From Patescibacteria group bacterium (GTDB lineage Bacteria > Patescibacteriota > Minisyncoccia > Phycocordibacterales > SIBU01), in the NCBI GenBank assembly GCA_040390045.1, contig JAZJZC010000002.1, forward strand, positions 101,113 to 165,112: DNA of 64,000 bases. Reading direction: 5' to 3'. A model generated the notes under the pieces. That model was not told the DNA's origin. It did no database searches and saw nothing but the letters and a program-made list of their open reading frames with translations. Shown in pieces: positions 9,362 to 20,033 of the stretch (position 1 is the stretch's first letter; the number at the start of each line of letters is the position of its first letter). The position numbers and the translations under genes were made by a program.

Positions 9362-12300
9362 ATGGACTTTTTCTATACAGAAAAAAGGAGATTTTTACGT
9401 ACGATTCTACCCCTGTTAATCTTTTCAATCCTTTTCTTTCCTTCTCCCTCGAATGCCTCGGGACCTTCGGTGAATACACCTTCGGCTAACGCTGTATTAG
9501 CTGATACTACTCCCTCAGTTCTCTCTACCGTAGCGCAACAAGTTTACACTGGGGTTAACTCGTTCTTCTGCTCTCTCGGAAGTTTGTTTGGTGCTTGTGG
9601 AACTACTAAAACTACTACCGTTGTTACACCTTCTCTTCCAACTGCTCCAGTTGGAACTCCGAACTCGTCTGCGAGCATCGGAGCCACTCCCACGATTGTA
9701 AACAACTACATCACTCAACCAGTAATTCACGAAACTACAGTTTCAAACACAGGTGGTGTTACCCAAGGACAACTTGCAGCAGCGCTCAACCAACTCGAAA
9801 ACAAACTTTCTTCTAAATTCTTTTCCATTGTTGGAACTCCGAACTCGTCTTCGAGCATCGGAGCCGCACCGGTTAACATTACGCAAATTATTCAAAATCC
9901 TCCGTTACCTTTTGCAACGAGGATTGATAAATTGGAAAATGTGATTCTCACTACACCTACAGTTTCAGGAGGTTCATTTAGTAATCCTACGATCTCAGGA
10001 GGTTCCATTGTCGGAACTTCAATTTCCGCTACCACCGGATCTTTTTCAGGTGATGTTACGATCTTGGGCAATCTCATTGCACCCTCAAGTGTCACAACGT
10101 ACGGAGCTTCGATTGCCCCTTATTTTACGGCGACCTCAAGTACGGCGACATCTACGTTTGCAGGAGGAATGAATGTGGCGGGGGATACGGGGCTTACGGT
10201 GTTACAAAATGGAAAAGTTGGGATTGGGACGGCGGCGCCGCGGTTCGGCTTATCTCTTGGTTCCATAACTAATGCAGGCACCGACACTCCAGATACCATC
10301 GATCTCGGCGGTACTTACAGCTCGACCCCAGGTTCCAACCTCAAGCTTCGCGCGTATTGGGACGGTGCAGTTCAATATGGAATTGGCGTTTCTGCCAATC
10401 AGATGGAATTCGTAACGACCGTCGGTTCCCAAGTTTGGTTTAACGCCGGTAGTGAGAAAATGCGCCTTACTCAAACCGGCAACCTTGGCATCGGCACCAC
10501 CACTCCCGCCGCCCGTCTTTCACTCAACCAACCTTCCACCACCGCTCTCGGCCTGTATCTTGCCGGCTTCTCGAACGCCACTGTCGACCTCTTCCGCATT
10601 TCCACTTCAACCCTCACCGCAACCTCCACAGCTTTTGTTGTTAACTCCAACGGCAAAGTCGGGATTGGGACGACGAGTCCGCAAGCAACTTTGGGTATGA
10701 CGGGTAGTATCGGTGTCAATTCGAGTCATTTGTTTTTGGCGACGAATGGAAATGTTGGCATCGGCACAACCTCTCCAACCCAACGCCTCTCCCTCCAAGG
10801 CTCCGCTCTTTTTAGTGGAGACCTAAACCTCGCCAACTTGACCGCCACCGGAACAATCTCAACTCCAAACCTCACCGTCACCGGCTTTGTAAACGGCGGC
10901 GCTCAATGTTTGCAAATCAACGCCAGTGGAGTGGTCTCCGGAACTGGAGGAGTCTGCGGAGGAGCGGGGCAAAGTCCAGCGGGAGTGACCGGAACCATGC
11001 AATACAACAACGGGGGAGTCTTCGGAGGTACCGCCAACATTTTCTTTGACTCAACAAACAGCAGACTTGGTATCGGTACTTCCACCCCAGGTACCCTGAC
11101 TGAACTCTACGCTTCCAATACCGGAACCACACTCGCTACTCTCACCGAACCATCTCTCTCCATCACTAACTCCGCCACTACCGTCAATAACTTTGAGTCT
11201 CTCTTGTTCCGCCACATCACCTCCACCGGTGCCCAACAAACCATGGCCCAAATCTCTGGTGTTAACTTGGTGCACACCAACGCGATCGACTCCGGAGCTC
11301 TTGCCTTCCTCACCCGAAACGCCGGAACTCTTTCAGAGAAAATGCGATTGACTAACGCCGGTCTTTTTGGAGTTGGCACGAGCACCCCCTCATCTCTCGT
11401 CGAGGTTTACGGATCCAATACTGGGACTTTACTCACAACCTTTGCCGACCCAACTCTTTCCATTACCAACCCCAATACCACTGTCAACAACTTTTCCACT
11501 TTGGCCTTCAGACACATCACCTCAACCGGAGCTGAAACTACTATGTCCCAGATCTCTGGAGTGAACCTCGTCCATACCAATGCTGCTGATTCTGGAGCGC
11601 TCGCATTCCTCACAAGAAACACTGGCACCCTTGCTGAAAAAATGCGCATCACCAACCAAGGTCTTGTCGGTATTGGCACCACTTCTCCTGGCCTTATCCT
11701 CACCGTCTCCGCCACATCTTCTCTTTCCAACCTCGGACTCTTTGATGTGGTGGCAGTACCAAGTGCTGGAGCTACTACTACAGCTCTGCGAGTAATATCG
11801 AGCGGCAACGTTGGCATCGGTACCAGTTCTCCATACTCTAAGCTCTCAGTCGCTGGCGAAGTAGTCGCCCAAAACTTCACCGCCACCTCAACCGCCACTT
11901 CCACCTTCGCCGGAGGAGTGGGCATCGGCACCACCTCTCCCCAAGCCAACCTCGGTATCCAAGGTTCAATCGGAGTCAACGCTTCTCAACTCTACCTCGC
12001 CGCAACCGGTAACGTCGGCATCAACACCACCAACCCCGGCGCCCTCTTCTCCGTCAACGGCACCGCTTCCACCTCTCTCCTCACTATCTCCGGTATCACA
12101 ACCGCTACTGGTCAATGTCTCCAAATCAATTCACTCGGAGTTGTCTCAGGAACCGGAGCAGTTTGTGGAGGTGCCGGCTCAGTTCCCGCAGGAAGTAGTG
12201 GAGCACTACAATTCAATAACGCCGGAGTGTTCGGAGGAGGTAATCTTTCTTGGGACAACACCAACAACATTCTCTCAACAACAGCTGGCACATTCTCTCT

Positions 12301-15300
12301 CAATTCTTTCACTGGTAATGTAGGCATTGGCACAAGCACTCCCTACGCAGCACTTTCTATAGCTGGAGCGTCAGGTGTGGTGGCTAATATTTTTACGGCA
12401 ACTTCAACAACCGCCACTTCCACCTTTGCCGGAGGAGTTGGTATTGGCACCACGTCTCCTTCCGCCACGCTTTCAATTTCCGGAGACACCTACACCTCAG
12501 GAAATCTTTCTGCCACCAACATAACCGCTTCAGGTACTGCCAGCTCAAGCGCTCTCACTGTCTCCGGTCTCGCCACTCTCCAATCACTGACCATCTCAGG
12601 AATTGCATCCACTGCACAATGTTTACAAATCAATTCTCTCGGAGTCGTCTCAGGCACTGGAACAACCTGTGCCGGAGGTTCGGGTTCAGGATCAACAACG
12701 CCACAAGGAGTTTCTGGAGCGTTGCAGTTTAACAATGGGGGAGTACTTGGTGGGGCGAATCCGCTCATTTGGGACAACATAAATAATATTTTTTCTCTTT
12801 CGGATCCGACGAAGTTGGGGATCGGAACAACGAGTCCGCAAGCAACAATTGGTATGGCTGGATCAATCGGGGTTAATTCTTCGCAGTTGGTTTTGGCTTC
12901 GAGTGGATTTGTGGGTATTGGGACAACAACTCCATCTGATTTCCTACATGTTTTTGCAGATAATGCTCATACACGGGCAATAATTCAAGCGACAGGATCT
13001 TTTCTTGCTGGGGTATCATTGACGACAGATACGAGTCAATGGACTATCGATAACAGAGGAACATTTGATGCTCCAAATGATCGCTTCCTTATTACTCACC
13101 AAGGTGTCGCTGTTCGAATGGTGATAGATAACACCGGTAACGTTGGTTTTGGTACTTCTTCTCCTTACGCTAAAATCTCTATCGGTTCTACTGCAACCGC
13201 TTCAACAACTCTCGCTCTTCGGCCAATTGCTTCACAAACAGGAAATATTTTAGATATATACAACACCTCAGGAGCTCTGACATCAGTAATGACTGCAAGT
13301 GGTAAACTTGGTATTGGTACTTCGTCACCTTTTGCAACTTTTGCTGTAAATCCAATAGGGGGTCAGGCTAGTAATCAGTTTGTCGTCGGCTCCTCAACTG
13401 CCACCAACTTCATCATCACAAATGGGGGACTTGTCGGTATTGGAACTACTTCTCCTTCCCAAGTTCTTTCTGTCAACGGTGGCGGACTTTTCAACGGCGC
13501 TCTTTCGGGGGTCACCAGTCTCGCAATGAACGGCAATCTTTCGGGTGTCGCCAACCTCACAACAACCGGAACCGTCACTTTCGCTAATATCAATGGCTCC
13601 GCCCAATGTCTCCATGTTGATTCATCAGGTAACCTCACCGGCACAGGTAGCGACTGTGGAGGAGCAGGTTCATCCCCAGGAAGCCCAGTGGGAGGAATTC
13701 AATTCAACACCGGAGGAGTCTTCACTGCATCAACATCACTGACCTTCGACAACACCACCACAGGTCTTTTGGGTATTGGTACCACCACTCCAACTTCAAG
13801 TATCGAAATCTACAAAACGAGCTCCGGTACAACATTAGCTACCTTTGCCGAACCAACTCTTTCCATCACCAACCCCAACACAACAGTAAACAACTTCTCA
13901 ACTCTTGCTTTCCGTCACATCACCTCAACCGGAGCAGAAACCACTAACTCTCAAATTTCTGGTGTCAACCTCGTCCATACCAACGCAGCTGACTCGGGAG
14001 CTCTGGCATTCCTGACCAGAAACGCGGGAACCCTTGCAGAAAAAATGCGCTTGACCAACGCCGGTCTTTTGGGAGTTGGAACTTCAACTCCAGGAAGTCT
14101 CATCGAAGTCTACGCTTCTGCTGCAGGAACCACTCTAACCACTCACGCCGATCCAACCCTTTCAATCACCAACAGTAACACCACGGTAAACAATTTCTCT
14201 ACACTGGCTTTCAGACACATCACTTCAACTGGAGCAGAAACCACCAACTCTCAAATCTCTGGAATAAACCTCATACATACGAACGCCGCCGACTCTGGTA
14301 TCATGGCCTTCCTTACCCGAAACGCCGGAACTCTTGCTGAAAAAATGCGCATCACCAACACCGGACTCGTAGGTATTGGCACCACTACTCCGTTTGCGCA
14401 ACTTTCTGTTAATCCGAACGCCATCGGTTCTGCCGCCGCTTTCATCATCGGCTCTTCAACTGCTACTAACTTTGTCGTGACGAACGGAGGTAATGTTGGA
14501 ATCGGTACCGCTGTCCCCGGTTCACTTCTTACTGTTGCCGGTCTCACCAGCACCACCAACCTCACCGTCTCCGGAATCACGAACGGCTCTGGACAATGTC
14601 TCCAAATCAATTCCGCCGGAGCAGTTTCAGGAACCGGAGCAGTTTGTGGAGGTTCAGGATCAGTGCCACTAGGCTCTACTGGCGCACTCCAATATAACAA
14701 CGGCGGTCTCTTTGCTGGAGCAGCTACTATGATTTGGGACGCCACCAACAACCGACTCGGCATTGGAACTTCTACTCCTTACACCGCACTCGGAGTTGCC
14801 GGAACCGTAGTAGCTGATAACTACATTGCTACTTCAACGACAGCTCCATCAGTCTTTACTTACGCTTCCACCACCGCTCTCACTGTCACCGGAGTCAACT
14901 CACTCTTTGTGAGCGGCGTCATCAACTCCGCCACCTCAACTGCTGCCGGTATCACAACGACAGATGCCAACACCACTTCAACCTTTGCTGGTTCACTTTC
15001 CGTCAACGGCACTGCTTCAACTTCACTCCTAACCATTTCCAACATTAGTAATGGAGCCGGACAATGTTTGCAGATTAATGCGACGGGACAAGTGACGGGG
15101 ACGGGAGCTGCTTGTGGAGGAAGTGGATCGGTGCCGGGAGGAAGTACAGGGGCAATTCAGTACAATACCGGCGGAGTCTTCACGGGAGGAAATTTGACGT
15201 GGGACAATACGCTGAATGCTTTGAACACCAACACCGCAATTCTTTCTCTTGGAGGCAACGCGCTAGCAGGAAGCTTTACGGCAACATCGACGACAGCGAC

Positions 15301-18145
15301 GAGTACCTTTACCGGCGCAACCTTTTCTGGAAATGTAGGAATTGGCACAACCACTCCTTCTGCCAAACTTACCATCGACAATCGTGGAAATGACACCAAT
15401 CCCTTTTCAATTACCACAAATGGATCAGTGGGAAACTACACGGCTACAAACACCGCGATGTTCATCCGAGATGCCGCGGGGACAGAGCTCATGAGAATAT
15501 TTGCGAGTGATTCAAATGGAGCACACTTTAACTCAGGTAACCTCTACATGGGGTATCAAGCAGGTGCGTCCAACCCAGTCGCTAACGTTTCAACATCCGG
15601 TTATTACAATACAGGTGTTGGATATCAAACGATGCTATCTAATACCAGTGGTGTCAGTAATACCGCTAATGGTTGGGGATCGCTTTTGAATAATACCAGC
15701 GGTTCATATAACGCAGGTTTCGGTATGTATTCTCTAGCTATAAATTTTACAGGTTCAAATAACGCCAGTCTTGGTGCATATTCTCAGGTGTACAACGGTT
15801 CAGCAACCAGTAGCACTGCTGTTGGGTATGCTGCTGGTTCTGGACTTGGAGGTGGATCACAATTTAACAACCAAGGTGGCACCTACGTCGGATACCAAAG
15901 TGGTTACAACCTAAGAACCAACTCGGACTACAACACCTTCCTCGGCTACCAATCAGGATATGGAGTAACCACAGGTAAAGATAATATTATTCTTGGTACT
16001 GCCACTTCTTCAACAGCCATCGCCAATCTCACTACCGGTTCACAAAACATTTTAATTGGAAGTAATATTTCCTTCCCATCTGCAACAGCCAGTGGTCAAC
16101 TTACTATTGGAAACATCATTTACGGAACGGGAAATACAGGAGCAGGATCAAATTTGTCGACGGGGAAGATTGGTATTGGTACTGCAAATCCTACCCAAAA
16201 ACTTGATATTGCTGGGAGTCTTGCAATACAAGGAGGAACAATTAATTTTGGTACTGGTTCTGCAACTTCAACTCTCACTTCAGTGAGCGGCAATCTTGGC
16301 ATCGGCACCACTACTCCCGGCGCAACCTTCGCGGTCACTGGTAGCGGTCTCTTCTCAACACAAGTGAGCACTCCAAATCTTTCTATCACCGGCATTACCA
16401 ACGGCGGAGCACAATGTTTGCAAATCAATGCACAAGGTTTGGTTTCTGGTACTGGTGGAGTCTGTGGAGGTGGGGGAAGCGGATCGGTTCCTGCGGGATC
16501 AGACGGAGCATTGCAGTTTAATAGTGGGGGAGTTTTCGGAGGAGGACATCTATTCTGGAACGACACAACAAATAATTTGACTACCGATTCAGGAGACTTC
16601 TTGCTGAATCCAACTGGAAATATTGGTATTGGTACTACGACAACAAATTCTACGTTCAAAGTGACTCTGCAAGGTTCACAAAATATTGTGGACGGTACGC
16701 TGTATCTACACTCTGGAGCGATACCAGGCGATAGTGCTACCGTCTCAGGGAGTGTTACATCAGCAGTGAGAGGTTTGCAACTGACTGGAGGAGGAGCTTT
16801 TGGTAGCAGTACCATAACCGCTTGGCACAATAGCGGTGGCGCGTTAGAAATCAATGGTAAGAGTACCGGTGTAGGAGCAACCACAGCTCAAATAACCCTA
16901 ATGCCGTCAACAAGTAGCTTTACTCCTTATCTATCTTTTAGCACAGGCGGTACTGCTTTTTCACTAACCGAAAGAATGAAAATTACTTCTACTGGCCGAA
17001 TTGGTATTGGTACCAGCACTCCCGGCTCTTTCTTCTCAATCCTGGATATCGCCAACTTCGCTACTTCTACCGGCGTTACTTTCTATAGAGGTCTCACCAC
17101 TCCCAACTTCATTGCAACCTCCTCTCTTGCTTCTGTCTTCCCATTCGCTTCCACTACCGCCATCACCTCAAGTGGTTCAGCATACTTTGCAACTCTCGGT
17201 GGTGCTGTCGGAATCGGCACAACTTCTCCTTCCTCGCTATTGTCTCTCACTCAACCCACCAACACCGAAGCCGGCGGCCTCTGGATCGCAGGCACCGACG
17301 GCGACTACCGCTCTATATATATATCTGACACCACAGGCGTTCTCTCCTTCGGAGGGGGAGACGCCGCCGGAGTCTACAACACCGCTACCCTCAATGACGC
17401 AGGAGCTTGGACTAATGCATCCGATAGAAAATACAAGGAAAACATTGCCGACTTAAACACCAAGTACACCCTCGATACCTTGATGAGCATCCAACCTCGC
17501 TTCTACACCATGAAAGGCACTGGAAAACCTCAGATTGGATTCATTGCTCAAGAACTTAAACTCGTTTTGCCTGAAGTCGTCGAAGGAGTAGATGGCTCCA
17601 TGGGAATCTCCTACGGAAACATGGTGGCACTGCTGGTAGAAGCCGTACAAGAATTAGCAAAAAAAGTCACGGGGTTTGCAAGTGAATTTACGACGAAGAA
17701 ACTTTGTGTGGATGACGTTTGTGTGACTCGCGACCAATTCAAAAAAATGATTGAAAATTCGGGAGCTACTTCAACAGGTTCAAGTGGTTCTGGAAGTGAG
17801 AGTGCCGCGCCCGCTGCGGGCGCGGCCTCCTCGACTCCTTCTACTGACATTACTCCACCAGTTATCACCTTGACCGGCGACAATCCAGCCACCATTTCTC
17901 TCGGTTCCTCATACATTGACCTTGGTGCAACTGTTACTGACAACGTTTCCCAAAACATCACAGCTGACCTTTTTGAAAATACTGTTGATACCACAACCGC
18001 GGGAACGTATTATGTAATTTATACGGCACATGATGCCGCGATGAACATTGCCACTTCGACGCGAAGTGTAGTTGTCAGTAATCCTGTTGTAACTCCCACC
18101 GCAACATCGACTGATCCCGTAGCAACCACCACGCCGACGGAATAA
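9362..18145 (+). CDS. Giant secreted fibre/adhesin (~2,927 aa) with GxVGIGT repeats, peptidase S74-type intramolecular chaperone and C-terminal Ig-like (DUF5011/HYR-like) domain
   Basis: Signal-peptide-like N-terminus from MDFFY; dozens of GNVGIGTTSP; SDRKYKENI...GFIAQE near 17420; DITPPVITLTGDNP...GATVTDNV near 17846. Confidence 0.85.
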   Translation: MDFFYTEKRRFLRTILPLLIFSILFFPSPSNASGPSVNTPSANAVLADTTPSVLSTVAQQVYTGVNSFFCSLGSLFGACGTTKTTTVVTPSLPTAPVGTPNSSASIGATPTIVNNYITQPVIHETTVSNTGGVTQGQLAAALNQLENKLSSKFFSIVGTPNSSSSIGAAPVNITQIIQNPPLPFATRIDKLENVILTTPTVSGGSFSNPTISGGSIVGTSISATTGSFSGDVTILGNLIAPSSVTTYGASIAPYFTATSSTATSTFAGGMNVAGDTGLTVLQNGKVGIGTAAPRFGLSLGSITNAGTDTPDTIDLGGTYSSTPGSNLKLRAYWDGAVQYGIGVSANQMEFVTTVGSQVWFNAGSEKMRLTQTGNLGIGTTTPAARLSLNQPSTTALGLYLAGFSNATVDLFRISTSTLTATSTAFVVNSNGKVGIGTTSPQATLGMTGSIGVNSSHLFLATNGNVGIGTTSPTQRLSLQGSALFSGDLNLANLTATGTISTPNLTVTGFVNGGAQCLQINASGVVSGTGGVCGGAGQSPAGVTGTMQYNNGGVFGGTANIFFDSTNSRLGIGTSTPGTLTELYASNTGTTLATLTEPSLSITNSATTVNNFESLLFRHITSTGAQQTMAQISGVNLVHTNAIDSGALAFLTRNAGTLSEKMRLTNAGLFGVGTSTPSSLVEVYGSNTGTLLTTFADPTLSITNPNTTVNNFSTLAFRHITSTGAETTMSQISGVNLVHTNAADSGALAFLTRNTGTLAEKMRITNQGLVGIGTTSPGLILTVSATSSLSNLGLFDVVAVPSAGATTTALRVISSGNVGIGTSSPYSKLSVAGEVVAQNFTATSTATSTFAGGVGIGTTSPQANLGIQGSIGVNASQLYLAATGNVGINTTNPGALFSVNGTASTSLLTISGITTATGQCLQINSLGVVSGTGAVCGGAGSVPAGSSGALQFNNAGVFGGGNLSWDNTNNILSTTAGTFSLNSFTGNVGIGTSTPYAALSIAGASGVVANIFTATSTTATSTFAGGVGIGTTSPSATLSISGDTYTSGNLSATNITASGTASSSALTVSGLATLQSLTISGIASTAQCLQINSLGVVSGTGTTCAGGSGSGSTTPQGVSGALQFNNGGVLGGANPLIWDNINNIFSLSDPTKLGIGTTSPQATIGMAGSIGVNSSQLVLASSGFVGIGTTTPSDFLHVFADNAHTRAIIQATGSFLAGVSLTTDTSQWTIDNRGTFDAPNDRFLITHQGVAVRMVIDNTGNVGFGTSSPYAKISIGSTATASTTLALRPIASQTGNILDIYNTSGALTSVMTASGKLGIGTSSPFATFAVNPIGGQASNQFVVGSSTATNFIITNGGLVGIGTTSPSQVLSVNGGGLFNGALSGVTSLAMNGNLSGVANLTTTGTVTFANINGSAQCLHVDSSGNLTGTGSDCGGAGSSPGSPVGGIQFNTGGVFTASTSLTFDNTTTGLLGIGTTTPTSSIEIYKTSSGTTLATFAEPTLSITNPNTTVNNFSTLAFRHITSTGAETTNSQISGVNLVHTNAADSGALAFLTRNAGTLAEKMRLTNAGLLGVGTSTPGSLIEVYASAAGTTLTTHADPTLSITNSNTTVNNFSTLAFRHITSTGAETTNSQISGINLIHTNAADSGIMAFLTRNAGTLAEKMRITNTGLVGIGTTTPFAQLSVNPNAIGSAAAFIIGSSTATNFVVTNGGNVGIGTAVPGSLLTVAGLTSTTNLTVSGITNGSGQCLQINSAGAVSGTGAVCGGSGSVPLGSTGALQYNNGGLFAGAATMIWDATNNRLGIGTSTPYTALGVAGTVVADNYIATSTTAPSVFTYASTTALTVTGVNSLFVSGVINSATSTAAGITTTDANTTSTFAGSLSVNGTASTSLLTISNISNGAGQCLQINATGQVTGTGAACGGSGSVPGGSTGAIQYNTGGVFTGGNLTWDNTLNALNTNTAILSLGGNALAGSFTATSTTATSTFTGATFSGNVGIGTTTPSAKLTIDNRGNDTNPFSITTNGSVGNYTATNTAMFIRDAAGTELMRIFASDSNGAHFNSGNLYMGYQAGASNPVANVSTSGYYNTGVGYQTMLSNTSGVSNTANGWGSLLNNTSGSYNAGFGMYSLAINFTGSNNASLGAYSQVYNGSATSSTAVGYAAGSGLGGGSQFNNQGGTYVGYQSGYNLRTNSDYNTFLGYQSGYGVTTGKDNIILGTATSSTAIANLTTGSQNILIGSNISFPSATASGQLTIGNIIYGTGNTGAGSNLSTGKIGIGTANPTQKLDIAGSLAIQGGTINFGTGSATSTLTSVSGNLGIGTTTPGATFAVTGSGLFSTQVSTPNLSITGITNGGAQCLQINAQGLVSGTGGVCGGGGSGSVPAGSDGALQFNSGGVFGGGHLFWNDTTNNLTTDSGDFLLNPTGNIGIGTTTTNSTFKVTLQGSQNIVDGTLYLHSGAIPGDSATVSGSVTSAVRGLQLTGGGAFGSSTITAWHNSGGALEINGKSTGVGATTAQITLMPSTSSFTPYLSFSTGGTAFSLTERMKITSTGRIGIGTSTPGSFFSILDIANFATSTGVTFYRGLTTPNFIATSSLASVFPFASTTAITSSGSAYFATLGGAVGIGTTSPSSLLSLTQPTNTEAGGLWIAGTDGDYRSIYISDTTGVLSFGGGDAAGVYNTATLNDAGAWTNASDRKYKENIADLNTKYTLDTLMSIQPRFYTMKGTGKPQIGFIAQELKLVLPEVVEGVDGSMGISYGNMVALLVEAVQELAKKVTGFASEFTTKKLCVDDVCVTRDQFKKMIENSGATSTGSSGSGSESAAPAAGAASSTPSTDITPPVITLTGDNPATISLGSSYIDLGATVTDNVSQNITADLFENTVDTTTAGTYYVIYTAHDAAMNIATSTRSVVVSNPVVTPTATSTDPVATTTPTE

Positions 18146-18270
18146 TTTCGAGGATTAGTATTTTCGCGAAATCTGGGGACTAGTGCGCATAGTTGTTTTT
18201 TGGGTTTGGTATTATAATAGTGAGATATAGGTTCTTGATACAATTTCACCCTTCTATATTTATATTAAAA

Positions 18271-18906
18271 ATGGAAACAAGATTTCAAACTTCGTTCATT
18301 CCCAAAAAAACTGTTCCTCAAAGAGTGGGGAATGGTAGACCTGAGTCAGTCAGTGTCGTGATGGTAGTTTCAGTGGTTATTTTTTTGCTAACGGCCGCGA
18401 GTGCGGGCGGAGTATTTGCCTACAAAAAAATTTTGATAGAAAGAATTAATAGCAAAAACAAGCAATTTGTGGACGCTAAAAATTCTTTCCAGCCTGGTTT
18501 TATCGAGGAATTAAATCGTCTTAATAAACGCATTGATTCTGCCAACACTATTTTGGCGAAGCATACTGCGGTATCTCCCATCTTTGATTTTTTAGCTGAT
18601 ACCACGTTGGCCACAGTGAAGTTCAGCAAATTTTCCTACGGCCTCGATGATCTCGGGGACGTGTCGTTGTCTATGACGGGCTTGGCCAAAAACTTTGACG
18701 CGGTAGCTCTTCAGTCCGATCTTTTTGGTAAGGAGCCGCGAATCAAAAACCCCGTTTTTTCTGATGTGAACCCAGATCAAAAGGGTAATATCGCTTTTAA
18801 ATTCAGCGCGTCCCTTGATCCCAATTTTATTTCTTATAAAAGTAATTTGTCAGCGTTGACCCCAACTGAGGTTACTGCGGCGCCACCGGCTGAAGTTGCC
18901 AATTAA
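18271..18906 (+). CDS. PilN-like alignment protein
   Basis: N-terminal FQTSFIPKK, single TM helix, coiled coil, ferredoxin-like C-terminus; position in pil operon. Confidence 0.7.
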   Translation: METRFQTSFIPKKTVPQRVGNGRPESVSVVMVVSVVIFLLTAASAGGVFAYKKILIERINSKNKQFVDAKNSFQPGFIEELNRLNKRIDSANTILAKHTAVSPIFDFLADTTLATVKFSKFSYGLDDLGDVSLSMTGLAKNFDAVALQSDLFGKEPRIKNPVFSDVNPDQKGNIAFKFSASLDPNFISYKSNLSALTPTEVTAAPPAEVAN

Positions 18907-18910
18907 TTAT

Positions 18911-19588
18911 ATGAGTATCCTTGTTCCAATCATTTTAATAGTTTCATCCATCGGAATATTTTTCGGTTACATTAATCCGGCCTATACAGCGGTGACGGGC
19001 AGTTCTGATCTGACAGAAAAAAGCGTTAAGGAGTTGCAGTCGGTTGAACAAGATTATGTGGATGCTTTGAATAAAACCGCACAAATTGAAACCGTCAGGG
19101 AAGGTTTGCTCACCAAATTTAACACGCTCTCCCTTGAGAACCGAGAAAAAATTTTTAAATTATTGCCAGACCACATTGATTCGGTTCGCTTGATTATTGA
19201 TACGAACAACATCGCTTCACGATACGGTATGTCGCTTTCTGATATTAAACTTTTTGCCAATAGTATTGTTGATAAAAATAATCCAGCAGGAGCCACAGGC
19301 TCGGCGCAAAATCCTAATGCCAACACCGCCAATGCTCCTCAGCAAATAGGGCCAGATAGTAGTTTGTATGATTCGGTAAAATTAGGTTTTAGCATGTCGG
19401 GGCCGTATGAAAATTTCTTACTGTTTTTGTCGGATGTTCAAAAAAGTTTGCGTATCGTTGATATTACTTCGATTGCTTTTGAAAATTCTGATACTTCTGC
19501 GCCGCCAGCTGGTTCTAAAGTTGTGCAAACTTCCGGTCCTGAAATTTATAAGTATTCAATTAATTTAAGAACTTATTTTCTAAAATAA
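18911..19588 (+). CDS. PilO-like protein
   Basis: TM helix, 'KLLPD', 'GPYENFLLFLSDVQKSLRIVDI'. Confidence 0.75.
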   Translation: MSILVPIILIVSSIGIFFGYINPAYTAVTGSSDLTEKSVKELQSVEQDYVDALNKTAQIETVREGLLTKFNTLSLENREKIFKLLPDHIDSVRLIIDTNNIASRYGMSLSDIKLFANSIVDKNNPAGATGSAQNPNANTANAPQQIGPDSSLYDSVKLGFSMSGPYENFLLFLSDVQKSLRIVDITSIAFENSDTSAPPAGSKVVQTSGPEIYKYSINLRTYFLK

Positions 19589-19592
19589 TTAG

Positions 19593-20003
19593 ATGGAAAC
19601 CTACCAACAACATAAAAAGCTTTTCCTGTTCGGAGGGATTTTCCTCGTTCTGGTTATTTTATACTGGTTGTTTTTTTCTGGTGGGGGAGATACAGCGCCG
19701 AATGTTCCCACGAGTCCTACTGGCGGGTTGGTCACAGAGGTTGCCGAAAGTTCTTCCGATCAAATTGTAGGGCGCGAACTTCTTAATTTGCTTGCCGAAA
19801 TTCAAACCATCTCTTTGGACTTTTCCATTTTCGAAAATCCCGTGTTTTCGAGTTTGCAAGATTGGAGTAAGCCAATCGAGCCACAGCCGTTAGGTCAAAC
19901 CCTTGGTCGGAAAAATCCTTTTTCTGATTTCAGTAGCGATGCCAGTGTGGCTGGCGCGCGAGCGGCGCAACAAGTTGCGCCGGCGAATGCTCCCACTCAG
20001 TAG
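19593..20003 (+). CDS. Small single-TM pilus-associated protein (PilP-position)
   Basis: TM helix plus 'GRKNPF' motif; follows pilO. Confidence 0.65.
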   Translation: METYQQHKKLFLFGGIFLVLVILYWLFFSGGGDTAPNVPTSPTGGLVTEVAESSSDQIVGRELLNLLAEIQTISLDFSIFENPVFSSLQDWSKPIEPQPLGQTLGRKNPFSDFSSDASVAGARAAQQVAPANAPTQ

Positions 20004-20033
20004 AAGCGCGTGGGGAAAATAATATAAATTTAC

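Noticed and set aside
9515-17994. Many antisense and alternate-frame ORFs within the giant gene (e.g. 16120-16884)
   Set aside because: Shadows of Gly/Thr/Ser-rich repetitive codons; no independent features.
9362-18145. Prophage tail fibre
   Set aside because: Has a signal peptide, and no integrase, capsid, terminase or other phage genes nearby.
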